Assembly (NCBI GenBank): GCA_018698915.1
Contig: JABIPN010000006.1
Span: 1-57,424 of the forward strand
DNA from: Candidatus Woesearchaeota archaeon
GTDB taxonomy: Archaea; Nanobdellota; Nanobdellia; UBA10117; ARS21
Length of the DNA stretch: 57,424 nt
Direction of reading: 5' to 3'
Made by a program: the position numbers and the translations under genes. The notes beneath the pieces are model-generated. The model had not been told where the DNA came from. It saw nothing but the letters and a program-made list of their open reading frames with translations, and ran no database searches. Positions 25,838 to 35,993 of the stretch are shown here, piece after piece; the first letter of the stretch is position 1, and the number at the start of each line of letters is the position of its first letter.

Positions 25838-27118
25838 ATGACGGATAATCAAACATCTCTTGATAAAAAATTCAAATCAGAAGAAGACAAAAAAAATACT
25901 TCTGAAACTAAGCGAGAAAGAGATGAACTTGACGATTTATTTGACGATTTTGTATCTAAAGAATCTTTATTCAAGGATAAGGATGTTTTATCTTTGCGTC
26001 ACGTTCCAAATACAATACCTCATCGTCAAAAACAAATCAAAAAACTAGGCATGATTTTAGCACCAGCTTTACGAAATGATCGACCTTCAAATATTTTTAT
26101 ATATGGTAAAACTGGAACTGGAAAAACACTTTGCACACTCCACACATTGAATCGGATTGTTGAACGAGTTAAAGATAGCGATGTTAATCTAACGTTTGCA
26201 TATCTCAACTGCAAATTAAAAAAAGTTGCAGATACTGAATATAGAATAATTGCTGCACTTGCTAAAAATTTAGGTGAAAAAGTTCCAGCAACAGGATTAC
26301 CCACAGATGAAGTATACAATATTTTTTTGAAAAAATTAGATGAAACTGAACAAGTTGTAATCTTAGTTTTAGATGAAATAGATAGACTTGTACAGAAAAC
26401 AGGTGACGAAATTCTTTACACCTTAACTAGAATTAATTCTGAACTTAAACGAGCAAAATTATGTTTAATTGGAATTTCAAATGATGTACGTTTTATTGAG
26501 AATATAGATCCGCGAGTAAAGAGTTCATTAAGTGAAGAAGAATTAATTTTTCCACCATACAATGCTCTTGAATTAAAAGATATTCTAAGTGAAAGATCGG
26601 AATTAGCGTTTACAAAAGACGTAATTAACAGCGGAGTTCTTGCAAAGTGTGCAGCATATGCAGCAAAGGAACACGGTGATGCTCGTCGTGCGTTAGATCT
26701 ATTAAGAGTTGCGGGCGAAGTTGCAGAACGCGCAGCAGCAGATAGTGTTGAAATGGAACATATACGTGAGGCAGAAGATAAAATTGAGAAAAATAGAATC
26801 TTAGAATTAGTTAAGACATTACCAAACCAATCCAAAATTTTGATATATTCAATATTTTTTCTAAACAAACAAAAACATAAACTTGAAACTGGAGAGATTT
26901 ATGAAGCATATGCTGATTTATGCAAAGTTAATGATACTTCAATTTTAACCCAAAGAAGAATATCTGACTTAATTTCAGAATTAGATATGTTGGGTTTAAT
27001 TAATGCAAGAGTAATAAGTAAAGGCAGACACGGGAGAACTCGAGAAATATATTCCACAATACCTTCAGATTTAACTGAAATAATGAGTTCGGAATTGAGA
27101 GTTGAATTAATGTTATGA
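25838..27118 (+). CDS. cdc6: Orc1/Cdc6 replication initiator
   Basis: AAA+ Walker A IYGKTGTGKT, Walker B VLDEID, sensor regions, C-terminal winged helix. ATGA overlap with the PolD small subunit gene. Confidence 0.92.
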   Translation: MTDNQTSLDKKFKSEEDKKNTSETKRERDELDDLFDDFVSKESLFKDKDVLSLRHVPNTIPHRQKQIKKLGMILAPALRNDRPSNIFIYGKTGTGKTLCTLHTLNRIVERVKDSDVNLTFAYLNCKLKKVADTEYRIIAALAKNLGEKVPATGLPTDEVYNIFLKKLDETEQVVILVLDEIDRLVQKTGDEILYTLTRINSELKRAKLCLIGISNDVRFIENIDPRVKSSLSEEELIFPPYNALELKDILSERSELAFTKDVINSGVLAKCAAYAAKEHGDARRALDLLRVAGEVAERAAADSVEMEHIREAEDKIEKNRILELVKTLPNQSKILIYSIFFLNKQKHKLETGEIYEAYADLCKVNDTSILTQRRISDLISELDMLGLINARVISKGRHGRTREIYSTIPSDLTEIMSSELRVELML

Positions 27119-28485
27119 GTAATCAAGAAATTGTAAAGAAATTATTAGATAAAGGAATCCTACCCACAGCTGAAAATATAGCTCAAGAATCCACAAATGT
27201 AACAATTGTAAAACCGCGAATTGATGATTTAAGAGCAAGAGTAAAGATTGTAAAAGAATTTGATTATAAACAGAAAAAAATCACAGCAGATGATTTCACC
27301 ACACACTACAGAGAAAGATACAAAACAATGAGGACTATATTATTTAATCGACCTGAAGCTGCATCAGCAGTATCCATTGATCGCGTAAAAGATATGCTTT
27401 CAGATGAAGATCAAGTTATTATTGGAATCGTTTCAGATGTAGCTAGAATGTATACTGGAACTGTCAAACTTATTGTGGAGGATTTAACTAGTCAGATTAC
27501 AGTCATCATATCCTCAAAAAATAATGATTTGATTGAAGAAGCTAAGTTTTTGACCTTAGATGAAGTCTTAATATTCAAAGGTCGTGTTAGAAAGGGAGTT
27601 ATGTTCTTACACGCCATCATACGACCAGATGTTCCACAGAAGAAAGAAACATTTAGTCCCGAAGAAGTTTATTCAGTCTTCTCCGGAGATATACATGTAG
27701 GTTCAAATCTATTTTTACCAAAGCAATTTTCAAATTTTATTGATTGGTTGAGTGGAAAAGTAGGAACTGAACGACAACGAGAAATTGCAAGAAAGACCAA
27801 ATATTTTTACATTCCAGGAGATCTTGTTGATGGAATTGGTATTTATCCTGGACAAGAAAAAGAACTAAAGATTACTAATTTAAGAAGTCAGTATGAAGAA
27901 TTATCAAAATTTTTATCTAGAGTTCCTGATGACAAACAAATAATAATTTGTCCAGGAAATCATGACTCTGGTGTCCGATTGGAGGAACCTCAGCCACGCA
28001 TGCAAGATTATGCAGAATCAATACTCGAACTTCCAAACGTAACAATGGTAACAAACCCGTCTTACACAAATATTCACTCAATGGATAATTATTCTGGACA
28101 AGATGTTTTAATGTATCATGGATATTCCTTTGACAGATTAATTGATCAAGTTGAAGGTTTGAGATTGGCAGGTGGTTATGAAAAAGCAGATGAAATTCAC
28201 AAGTTTTTATTGAAAAGAAGGCATTTGAGCCCATCACATAATTTGAATCTAACAATCCCTATGAAACAAGACTCACACATCATTTCACAAATTCCAGATA
28301 TAATGGTTTCAGGACATATTCATAAAGCAAATATTGGAAATTATAAAAACACAATTTCAATTTCTGGAAGTTGTTGGCAAGCAGTAACTGATTTTCAACT
28401 CAAATTTGGACACGTACCAGATCCTGGAATGATTCCAATCATAAATCTAAAAACACGAAAAGGTAGTATGCTCAGTTTCAAATAA
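27115..28485 (+). CDS. DNA polymerase II (PolD) small exonuclease subunit DP1
   Basis: OB-fold region followed by calcineurin-like phosphoesterase motifs GDIHVGS, IPGDLVDGIG, PGNHD, SGHIH. Confidence 0.9.
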   Translation: MSNQEIVKKLLDKGILPTAENIAQESTNVTIVKPRIDDLRARVKIVKEFDYKQKKITADDFTTHYRERYKTMRTILFNRPEAASAVSIDRVKDMLSDEDQVIIGIVSDVARMYTGTVKLIVEDLTSQITVIISSKNNDLIEEAKFLTLDEVLIFKGRVRKGVMFLHAIIRPDVPQKKETFSPEEVYSVFSGDIHVGSNLFLPKQFSNFIDWLSGKVGTERQREIARKTKYFYIPGDLVDGIGIYPGQEKELKITNLRSQYEELSKFLSRVPDDKQIIICPGNHDSGVRLEEPQPRMQDYAESILELPNVTMVTNPSYTNIHSMDNYSGQDVLMYHGYSFDRLIDQVEGLRLAGGYEKADEIHKFLLKRRHLSPSHNLNLTIPMKQDSHIISQIPDIMVSGHIHKANIGNYKNTISISGSCWQAVTDFQLKFGHVPDPGMIPIINLKTRKGSMLSFK

Positions 28486-28515
28486 TTATTTATACTTTGT
28501 TTAATTTAGAATAGT

Positions 28516-29334
28516 ATGTTTTCATTATTCGGCTTTATAATTCATATTTTCACCTTCGCTTCAGTTCAAATTTTAGGAATATTAACTGGAATAGCCGCAA
28601 TAAGCAAACTCGAAGCAATAGACGTTGTGGCTACAGAAACATCCCTAATCGGAGTATTTTTTTCATTCGCAATAGCCTTCACACTACTATTTTTTATTTT
28701 CAGATATTCTCGAAAAGTAAATCTATTCAAATATTTTTTTTATTTACTAATAATTATTGGAAGCAAGGTTGTTTTTGAGACTTATTTTACAAATATACTT
28801 GCAAATATATTTACAATAAGTTTACTGGCACTATTTATTTTCAGCAGAAGTATAATTACTCACAATTTAGCACTAATAATAACTATTGCAGGAGTAGGAG
28901 TCACACTCGGACTAAGCTTTAGTCTTTCTACAGTATTCTTATTGCTTGGATTGTTTTCAATATATGATATTTTAGCAGTATATCGAAGTTCACATATGGT
29001 TAATATGTTTAAAGGAATGGTAAACAAAGGAGTAATTCTTGCAGTAATTATTCCCAACACCTTTAAAAAAATCACAGCAAAGTCTACTGAGTTTGAACCA
29101 GGAAAAGGTTTACTAATTCTCGGAACAGGAGATTTAGCATTTCCTCTATTGTTGGCAATCAGCGCCTTGAAATTTTCAATTATTAGCTCATGGTTTATAG
29201 CAGGAGGTGCAGTGATTGGAGCGGCAGTAGTATATTATTTATTAAATACTCAGAAATCAACGCGAGCAATGCCAGCACTTCCTCCAATTGCACTATTTAG
29301 TGTCTTAGGTTTTTTTGTAAGTTTGATGATTTAG
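28516..29334 (+). CDS. Presenilin/signal-peptide-peptidase-type intramembrane aspartyl protease homologue
   Basis: Polytopic membrane protein with the YD (SIYDILAVY), GxGD (LGTGDLAFP) and PAL (MPALPPI) motifs in the canonical order. Confidence 0.75.
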   Translation: MFSLFGFIIHIFTFASVQILGILTGIAAISKLEAIDVVATETSLIGVFFSFAIAFTLLFFIFRYSRKVNLFKYFFYLLIIIGSKVVFETYFTNILANIFTISLLALFIFSRSIITHNLALIITIAGVGVTLGLSFSLSTVFLLLGLFSIYDILAVYRSSHMVNMFKGMVNKGVILAVIIPNTFKKITAKSTEFEPGKGLLILGTGDLAFPLLLAISALKFSIISSWFIAGGAVIGAAVVYYLLNTQKSTRAMPALPPIALFSVLGFFVSLMI

Positions 29335-29981
29335 TGTTCACCTTCTAAATCCAAAATTTCACGCATCATTTTTGCCTTTTTTGGACCGAGCTTATCAACT
29401 TTAGTTAAATCTTTTTCAACTGCATTAAGCAATTTAATTGGTGATTTGAATTCTTTCAATAAATTTTTGGCAAGTTTTGGACCAATTAAGGGCAGACCCT
29501 CTATCAAAAATTGTTGCTGTTCTTCACGAGTCCATGCTCGTTTTGAACCTCGAAGTGAAATATCTTTATTCTTTTCAAGTTGTTCTCGCCGCACTAATGA
29601 AACTAATAAATTTACAGTTTCTTCAGAATCATGTGAAAATAAGAATGGAATTTGATAATCAAGAGTTAGAGAAATCATTGCAGCACGAATTGCATTGGGA
29701 TGCACATTACGAACTCCAAATATATCTCTCACTTCTCCTTCAATAATATAAAGTGGTTTTTCGAAGTTTTCTCGCAATTCCTTTGCTTGTGAAAATAATC
29801 GACCATCAACAAGCGAATTCACAAAGTCAGGAACTTTCTTCAATTCCACAACACATTCATCAGAAATTATAAAATCTCCAACTTCCAATGTCTTTGTTTC
29901 AATTATAAGATCTCGCTCATATAACAACCGTGGTAATTGCCCTTTATTCTCACGATGATCCATAATTATTTTAAGATTCAT
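29331..29981 (-). CDS. ERCC4 (XPF/Hef-type) nuclease domain plus (HhH)2, encoded as a separate ORF
   Basis: LEVGDFII...VVELKKVPD corresponds to GDx(n)ERKx3D with Arg replaced by Leu. C-terminal HhH pair (GLPLIGPKLAKNLL, VDKLGPKKAKMM). ATG at 29981 (TTG at 29987) overlaps the helicase ORF by 11 nt. Confidence 0.8.
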   Translation of the reverse strand: MNLKIIMDHRENKGQLPRLLYERDLIIETKTLEVGDFIISDECVVELKKVPDFVNSLVDGRLFSQAKELRENFEKPLYIIEGEVRDIFGVRNVHPNAIRAAMISLTLDYQIPFLFSHDSEETVNLLVSLVRREQLEKNKDISLRGSKRAWTREEQQQFLIEGLPLIGPKLAKNLLKEFKSPIKLLNAVEKDLTKVDKLGPKKAKMMREILDLEGEH

Positions 29982-31422
29982 TTTCAAGGAGTTCTTTCAT
30001 TCGACGTTCTTTATGATATGAAACCCAATAGTATTTTTCGTCAATCGTATCCCTTGTTATTAACATATATACTTTACCAATGTTTATTCTTCCAATCCTT
30101 CCGCGTCGTTGAATAGTTCTCAATGCTGAAGGAACAGGTTCAAAGAAAATTCCAATATCTGCATTTTCAATGTGAAGTCCTTCCTCACTTACTGATGTTG
30201 CCACAAGAACATTAAATTCACCATCTTTGAATTTCTCCAAAGTTTCAATTTGTTTTTTCTGAGTCATACCTTCTTTCTGACCCACGAAAGCCTTTGCCCT
30301 ACTTCGAGTATTTAGATTAATTTGCTCAGTAATTATTTCAACTGTTTTTCTTAACTGGGAGAATATTATTATTTTTTCATCATCCTTTTTTGTAAGTTCT
30401 AATATTTTCCCAATTTTTGGATGTTCAATACCTTCTTCAACAATATTTTGAGCACTAATTCTTGCTCGTTTAAAGTCCCAGTCATCTAATATTTTTTTAG
30501 AAGCCTTTGTTGATTTTGAATCCTTCTCTATTTTATCCATTGCAGCAATAAAGGTTTTGAGACTTTGTGTTTCAAGAGTTTCAATCAAGTGCAAAAGTTT
30601 AATCAAGACAGTTAATTCTGAAACTATAAAATAAGTTTCTGGACCCTTTTCAGTCTGGGCAAATAGTGCGCGCTGCGCTTTAAGAAGTTCAAGTTTTCTT
30701 AAATCTTCAATTTCTTTACTTTTCAATGCTTGACGCGAATGCAAAATTGTAACATGTTTTCTCAATAATTTTTGAAGAAATGCTTTAATTTTTTTATACT
30801 CTTCAGGCAAATCAATCATTACTCGCTCAATTTTCTTTTCTTTTAAATATTTTTTTAGCTGCGGATTTTCTTCACTCAATAATTCAAAATTATCAATCTT
30901 TAAATTCTCCTTAATTAATTCAAGTCGTTCTTTGTCAGAAGCAGGACTGGCAGAAAGTGCAAGAATTTGACTAGTTTTTCCAAATTGTTTTGCAAGCCAA
31001 ACATATGCATATTCTCCTACAGCCCGATGTGCTTCATCAAAAACCACAAGCGAAATATCTTCAGGTTTAAAATAACGTTTAATTAGGTCTGATTCAATTG
31101 TTTGAGGTGTTGCACAAATTATTTTTGAAGTTTTCCAGAGTTCTTTTCTTCGGATTGGAGGAATTGCACCAGTTAAATGTATAATTTTTTCTTCAGGTTG
31201 AAAATATTCTTTAAATGATTTTTCATGTTGTACCGTTAAAGGTTTAGTTGGAGCCATAATCAAAATTTTTCCTTTATCTATGTTAAGCGCAGCTAATGCA
31301 ATTGCAATAATTGTTTTTCCAGCACCTGTCGGTAAAACTACAAATGAATTTTTCCCAACAATTTTTCCCAAAATCTGTTCTTGATAATTTCTAAGTTTCA
31401 ATTTATTTTTTAGAAACAACAT
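29971..31422 (-). CDS. Hef/FANCM-type SF2 helicase domain, encoded as a separate ORF
   Basis: LPTGAGKT (motif I), VFDEAH (motif II), LSASP (III), VATSVSEEGLHI, QRRGRIGR (VI). Confidence 0.8.
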   Translation of the reverse strand: MLFLKNKLKLRNYQEQILGKIVGKNSFVVLPTGAGKTIIAIALAALNIDKGKILIMAPTKPLTVQHEKSFKEYFQPEEKIIHLTGAIPPIRRKELWKTSKIICATPQTIESDLIKRYFKPEDISLVVFDEAHRAVGEYAYVWLAKQFGKTSQILALSASPASDKERLELIKENLKIDNFELLSEENPQLKKYLKEKKIERVMIDLPEEYKKIKAFLQKLLRKHVTILHSRQALKSKEIEDLRKLELLKAQRALFAQTEKGPETYFIVSELTVLIKLLHLIETLETQSLKTFIAAMDKIEKDSKSTKASKKILDDWDFKRARISAQNIVEEGIEHPKIGKILELTKKDDEKIIIFSQLRKTVEIITEQINLNTRSRAKAFVGQKEGMTQKKQIETLEKFKDGEFNVLVATSVSEEGLHIENADIGIFFEPVPSALRTIQRRGRIGRINIGKVYMLITRDTIDEKYYWVSYHKERRMKELLENES

Positions 31423-31446
31423 AACTACTGTTTATAATTTCAGTTT

Positions 31447-32118
31447 TTATTTATTTGTATTAGTAAGTTTTTTTACGAATTTTTGCATTTTTTCTTTATG
31501 CCCAGCACCAATCACAATTAATAGTTTTGAATCAGGATATTGAACTGTAATCAATTTAATTTGGTTTTGCATATATTTGTCACGTTCAGAAACAAGAACT
31601 CTATAAAAATTTGGAAATTTATGACTCAATTCACTAATCAATTTATGAACTAATTTATCCTTTGGAACTTTTTGTAAATCAAAATTTACTTTTCCGCTGC
31701 CAAAACTGCCAAAAATTAAGTAAAATACTAATTTTAGTTTTTCAGGAACTGGAACTGTTTTTGATAGACGTCTAAGAGTTATACCAATATCTCTATCAAT
31801 TAATGCGCGCTTGGCACCAATATTTTTCGCTTCAATAATTGCAGTTTTCATATCAATACCTGGCTGTTGACCTGTCCGTTTTCCAAGAATTTTTTGAGAC
31901 ATTGAACCGATCAAATAAAATATAAATCCAAAAAATCCTAATTTTGAAGCAGTTTTCAGATTCATCCTTCTACGTTTTTGGTTCATTAGACCCATATATC
32001 TTTGAGCATCCAATTCAATTGCAACAATATCGGGTTTAAATTCAATCATAGCTTTCTTTATTTCGGAAACACTTTGTTTTGAAATATGAGATGTTCCAAT
32101 TATTTTTATTTTAACCAT
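31447..32118 (-). CDS. TraB/PrgY/GumN-family protein
   Basis: IIGTSHISKQSV and PDIVAIELD N-terminal motifs, central hydrophobic hairpin, IGAGH near the C-terminus. Confidence 0.7.
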   Translation of the reverse strand: MVKIKIIGTSHISKQSVSEIKKAMIEFKPDIVAIELDAQRYMGLMNQKRRRMNLKTASKLGFFGFIFYLIGSMSQKILGKRTGQQPGIDMKTAIIEAKNIGAKRALIDRDIGITLRRLSKTVPVPEKLKLVFYLIFGSFGSGKVNFDLQKVPKDKLVHKLISELSHKFPNFYRVLVSERDKYMQNQIKLITVQYPDSKLLIVIGAGHKEKMQKFVKKLTNTNK

Positions 32119-32166
32119 ATTCTAATTATTAGAAATGCTTTTATTTAAAAACACTATTGAATTGAT

Positions 32167-32427
32167 ATGTTAAATACAAAAAACTTAAACAGCGTTCAAG
32201 GATTATCAGTCTATACTGATGCTGGTGAATTTTTTGGAATAATTGAAGAAGCAATTTTACATACCAATAAAGTAGATTCTTGGAAAGTAAAAGCAACAAC
32301 AAGATCATATTTGTCTCGTGCAATGCCTGGCGCAAAAGGAGTGATTCTACCTCACCATCACATTAAAGCAATTGGTGATGTTGTTATAATTTCAAGAGCT
32401 GCAGCCCCAATAATGACTGAAGAGTAA
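32167..32427 (+). CDS. PRC-barrel domain protein (second paralogue)
   Basis: LNSVQGLSVYTDAGEFFGIIEEAILHTNKVDSWKV. 86 aa, the same size as the ORF at 18799. Confidence 0.6.
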   Translation: MLNTKNLNSVQGLSVYTDAGEFFGIIEEAILHTNKVDSWKVKATTRSYLSRAMPGAKGVILPHHHIKAIGDVVIISRAAAPIMTEE

Positions 32428-32474
32428 TTTTGTCACTCTGATATCTTTTTAAGTTTTGAGGCTATCGTTAGTTG

Positions 32475-34337
32475 ATGGATTTTAAGAACACATCTAAGAT
32501 TAAAGTTCCTACAAAGTTAATTGATCAAATTATTGGTCAGACTCGCGCAGTGTCAATAATTAGTAAGGCTGCAAAACAAGGACGTCATGTTCTTTTAATT
32601 GGTGATCCAGGTACTGGAAAATCTATGCTAGGTCAAGCACTGTCTGAATTGGTTCCGCGAAAGGAACTAAGAGATATTTTAATTCTTCCAAATCAAAAAG
32701 ATGAAAACAATCCAAAAGTTCATTCTCTACCTTCTGGTCGTGGACAAGAAATAGTTGAACGTACTAAACAGCGTATGAATGTTGGTGGAAGAAAAAGTAC
32801 AATCATTTTTCTAGCTTTAGCAATTTTTACTGCATTGTTTCCGTGGTGGATTAGAAAAACTCACGGAGATATTATGGCAGCAGCATCACTTATTTCTGGA
32901 ATGATGTTTCTAATGTTATATGGTGCAATGATGGGGATGGGAATGAGAAAAAGACAAACTCTTGGACCAAAACTTTTAGTGGATACAGCCAAATTAAAGA
33001 CTGCACCATTTATTGATGCAACTGGTGCTCATTCAGGATCATTACTTGGTGATGTTCGACACGATCCATTTCAATCCGGCGGTTTGGGAACTCCAGCACA
33101 TATGAGAGTTGAACCTGGAATGATTCACCGAGCAAACAAAGGAGTATTATTCATTGATGAGGTTGCAACAATGGATATGAAAACTCAGCAAGATTTATTG
33201 ACTGCAATGCAAGATCGAAAATATTCAATTACTGGACAGTCTGAGCGAAGTGCTGGAGCAATGGTTCGTACCGATCCTGTTCCTTGTAATTTTATTTTGG
33301 TTGGAGCAGGAAATAAAGATACAATCCGAAGAATGCATCCTGCATTAAGATCTAGAATTAGAGGATATGGTTATGAGGTTGTCATGGAAAATTTTATTGA
33401 TGATAATCCAAAAAACAGAGAATATTATTACAAATTTGTAGCCCAAGAAATATTGAAAGATGGGAAGATTCCACATTTTTCAAAAGGCGCGTGTGATGAA
33501 ATAATTAGAATTTCACGGCGGATGTCTGGACGTAAAAATAAATTAAGTATAAAGTTTAGAGAACTTGGTGGAATAATTAGAAGCGCAGGTGATTTGGCAG
33601 TTGAAGAAAAGACCAAATTAGTTAACACAGAGCAAGTTATTCGGGCTTTGAAAATTTCAAAGACTTTGGAACAACAAATTGCAGATAAACATATTGAGCA
33701 TATTTTGGATTACCGAGTCGTTCAAAAAGAAGGGACTCAAGTTGGAAGAGTTAATGGTTTGGCAGTTATTGCAGATTCAGGAATTGTACTTCCAATTGCA
33801 AGCGAGGCTGCAAAAGGCGGAAAGCGTAGGGAAATTATTGCAACCGGAAGTCTTGGGAAAATTGCCAAAGAAGCAATTGATAATGTTAGTGCAATAATCA
33901 TGAAACATTTTGGAGAGTCCATTAAGGACAAATACGATATATATGTTCAATTTATTCAAACCTTTGAAGGAATCGAAGGAGATTCAGCAAGCGTTTCAGT
34001 TGCAACATCAATAATTTCCGCATTAAAGAATATTCCAATTAGACAAGAGATTGCAATGACGGGAAGTTTATCCGTAAGAGGAGAAGTTTTACCCGTAGGT
34101 GGCGTTACTCCTAAGATTGAAGCAGCAATTGAAGCAGGATTAAAAGAAGTTATCATTCCTGAAAGAAATAAGAAAGATATTGTCTTGAGTTCTAAATTAC
34201 GAAATAAGATTAAAATTCATTATGCAAATAACTTAGTTGATGTTCTTGAAGTTGCGTTTGACAAGCGAAAAGGTAAAAAAGTTATTAAGGCACTTAGTTC
34301 AAATGGAACTAAATCCAAAAAAACTAAAAAGAATTGA
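32475..34337 (+). CDS. lon: Archaeal membrane-bound Lon protease (LonB)
   Basis: Walker A GDPGTGKS. Two TM helices are inserted in the AAA+ module ([30 protein letters not shown]). Protease domain with GDSASVS serine. TTG at 32472 precedes the ATG. Confidence 0.9.
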   Translation: MDFKNTSKIKVPTKLIDQIIGQTRAVSIISKAAKQGRHVLLIGDPGTGKSMLGQALSELVPRKELRDILILPNQKDENNPKVHSLPSGRGQEIVERTKQRMNVGGRKSTIIFLALAIFTALFPWWIRKTHGDIMAAASLISGMMFLMLYGAMMGMGMRKRQTLGPKLLVDTAKLKTAPFIDATGAHSGSLLGDVRHDPFQSGGLGTPAHMRVEPGMIHRANKGVLFIDEVATMDMKTQQDLLTAMQDRKYSITGQSERSAGAMVRTDPVPCNFILVGAGNKDTIRRMHPALRSRIRGYGYEVVMENFIDDNPKNREYYYKFVAQEILKDGKIPHFSKGACDEIIRISRRMSGRKNKLSIKFRELGGIIRSAGDLAVEEKTKLVNTEQVIRALKISKTLEQQIADKHIEHILDYRVVQKEGTQVGRVNGLAVIADSGIVLPIASEAAKGGKRREIIATGSLGKIAKEAIDNVSAIIMKHFGESIKDKYDIYVQFIQTFEGIEGDSASVSVATSIISALKNIPIRQEIAMTGSLSVRGEVLPVGGVTPKIEAAIEAGLKEVIIPERNKKDIVLSSKLRNKIKIHYANNLVDVLEVAFDKRKGKKVIKALSSNGTKSKKTKKN

Positions 34338-34458
34338 GGCTGTTTTGCCTAATTCTGATTTCAAGACTGTTGAAGATTTTGTGAATCATTCTGTTGAGTT
34401 ACTTTTATTTGCAGAAGAGAACAGAGATAAGTTCAATAAGATGCTCGGACCAGATTGA
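34303..34458 (+). CDS. Possible small ribbon-helix-helix-like protein overlapping the lon 3' end
   Basis: [35 protein letters not shown] has a strand-helix-helix look. Overlaps the Lys-rich tail of lon by 35 nt in another frame. No clear TATA. Confidence 0.25.
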   Translation: MELNPKKLKRIEAVLPNSDFKTVEDFVNHSVELLLFAEENRDKFNKMLGPD

Positions 34459-34494
34459 CACAACTGTTTTAAATTTAATTTGACTAATTTTATT

Positions 34495-35940
34495 ATGAAG
34501 ATAAATTTACGTAAGGGTGAAGTCTATGATTCTAAAGGTAGTATTTTACTTTTTATGACTGAAGAACAGATAAAGAATTTGGATGGAAAATTAATTGATT
34601 TAATAGATGCTTCAATTCATGCAGAAGATTTTAAAGGAAAAAAGAATGAGAAATTAATCATTCCAATTGTTGGCAGAAGTTTCAATCGAATGGTATTAAT
34701 CGGTTTGGGAAAGCGAGATAAATTAAATAATGAAATTTTCAGAGGTGCAGCACATACAGCTTTACAGTTATTTTCTGGTTTGAAAGTTAAAGAATTCTCA
34801 ACATTCGCAGAATATGATGTTGATATTGTTCGAGCACTTTCTGACGGATTTAGATTATCCAATTATTCTTTTGATAAATATAAAACTGAGAAAGATGATA
34901 AGTTTATCAGAATTGAAAAAATTGATATGTATGTTCATGATATTAAATCAGAATTTGAACGTGCAATTAATTTTTCTGAAATAAGTTGTGATGCTACAAA
35001 CTTTGTAAGAGATTTACAAACTGAAGATGCAGATACTGTAAATCCAGAATATTTGGCGGATTTAGCAAAAAGTATGTCTACTAAATATAAATTACATTTA
35101 GATTTACTTGGGCGTTCAGCACTAAAACGAAATGGTCTGGGACTTCTTTTAGGTGTTGGACAAGGAAGTAGGTTTGAACCGCACTTAATAATTCTTGAAT
35201 ACAAAGGAGATCCAAGTTCTAAGGAGAAAATTGCCCTTGTTGGTAAGGGAGTAACTTATGATACTGGTGGTTTGAATATAAAAATTAGAGCTATGCAAGA
35301 AATGAATATGGATATGTCTGGTGCAGCAGTTGTGCTTGGAATTATTCGTGCTGCTGCTGAATTAAAATTAAAGAAAAATATAATTGTAGTTGCGCCAGTT
35401 GTTGAAAATGCAGTTGGAGTTAATTCATATAAGCCTGGAGCAATTTTAGATTCTTATTTAGGAAAGACAGTAGAGATTGGAAATACTGATGCTGAAGGAA
35501 GACTTGCGCTGGCAGATGCACTTGCTTATGTTGTAAAAAATTATAAACCAACACAAATTGTAGATTTTGCTACACTTACTGGATCAGTTGTTGCAGCATT
35601 GGGAAATGATTATGCTGGATTATTTTCAACTGATGAAAAAGTAGATAAAATAATTTCGTCTGGAAATTATGTTGGTGAAACTGTTTGGAGAATGCCACTA
35701 CCTGAAGATTATAATGAATTTTTGAAATCTCAGCGAGCGGATTTGAATAATATTTCGAGTGTTCCGGAAGCAGGTTCTATAACTGCAGCATTATTTTTGA
35801 AGAACTTTGTAGGAGATACGCCTTGGACACATATTGATATTGCAGGATCTGCTATGCGAAATAAAAGTAAAAATTACTGGCCAAAATACGGAACAGGATT
35901 CGGAGTCCGGCTCATACTAGAATGGCTGAGAAAGAATTAA
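34495..35940 (+). CDS. pepA: M17 leucyl aminopeptidase
   Basis: VGKGVTYDTGGLNIK and NTDAEGRLALADAL signatures. ATG 34495 is preceded by TTTTAAAT at 34467-34474. The ORF opens at TTG 34480. Confidence 0.85.
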   Translation: MKINLRKGEVYDSKGSILLFMTEEQIKNLDGKLIDLIDASIHAEDFKGKKNEKLIIPIVGRSFNRMVLIGLGKRDKLNNEIFRGAAHTALQLFSGLKVKEFSTFAEYDVDIVRALSDGFRLSNYSFDKYKTEKDDKFIRIEKIDMYVHDIKSEFERAINFSEISCDATNFVRDLQTEDADTVNPEYLADLAKSMSTKYKLHLDLLGRSALKRNGLGLLLGVGQGSRFEPHLIILEYKGDPSSKEKIALVGKGVTYDTGGLNIKIRAMQEMNMDMSGAAVVLGIIRAAAELKLKKNIIVVAPVVENAVGVNSYKPGAILDSYLGKTVEIGNTDAEGRLALADALAYVVKNYKPTQIVDFATLTGSVVAALGNDYAGLFSTDEKVDKIISSGNYVGETVWRMPLPEDYNEFLKSQRADLNNISSVPEAGSITAALFLKNFVGDTPWTHIDIAGSAMRNKSKNYWPKYGTGFGVRLILEWLRKN

Positions 35941-35993
35941 TGTTTATTAAGTTATGTCGTAATCCTTAAAAGTCTGCAAGCTTATGTTTCATT

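Noticed and set aside
26026-27126. Minus-strand ORFs inside orc1/cdc6 (26026-26319, 26416-26868, 26899-27126)
   Set aside because: Shadow ORFs antisense to the Orc1 frame. They have no independent support.
32141-32335. 64-aa minus-strand ORF overlapping the PRC-barrel gene
   Set aside because: It is leucine/glutamine-rich and antisense to an ORF with a recognisable PRC-barrel pattern.
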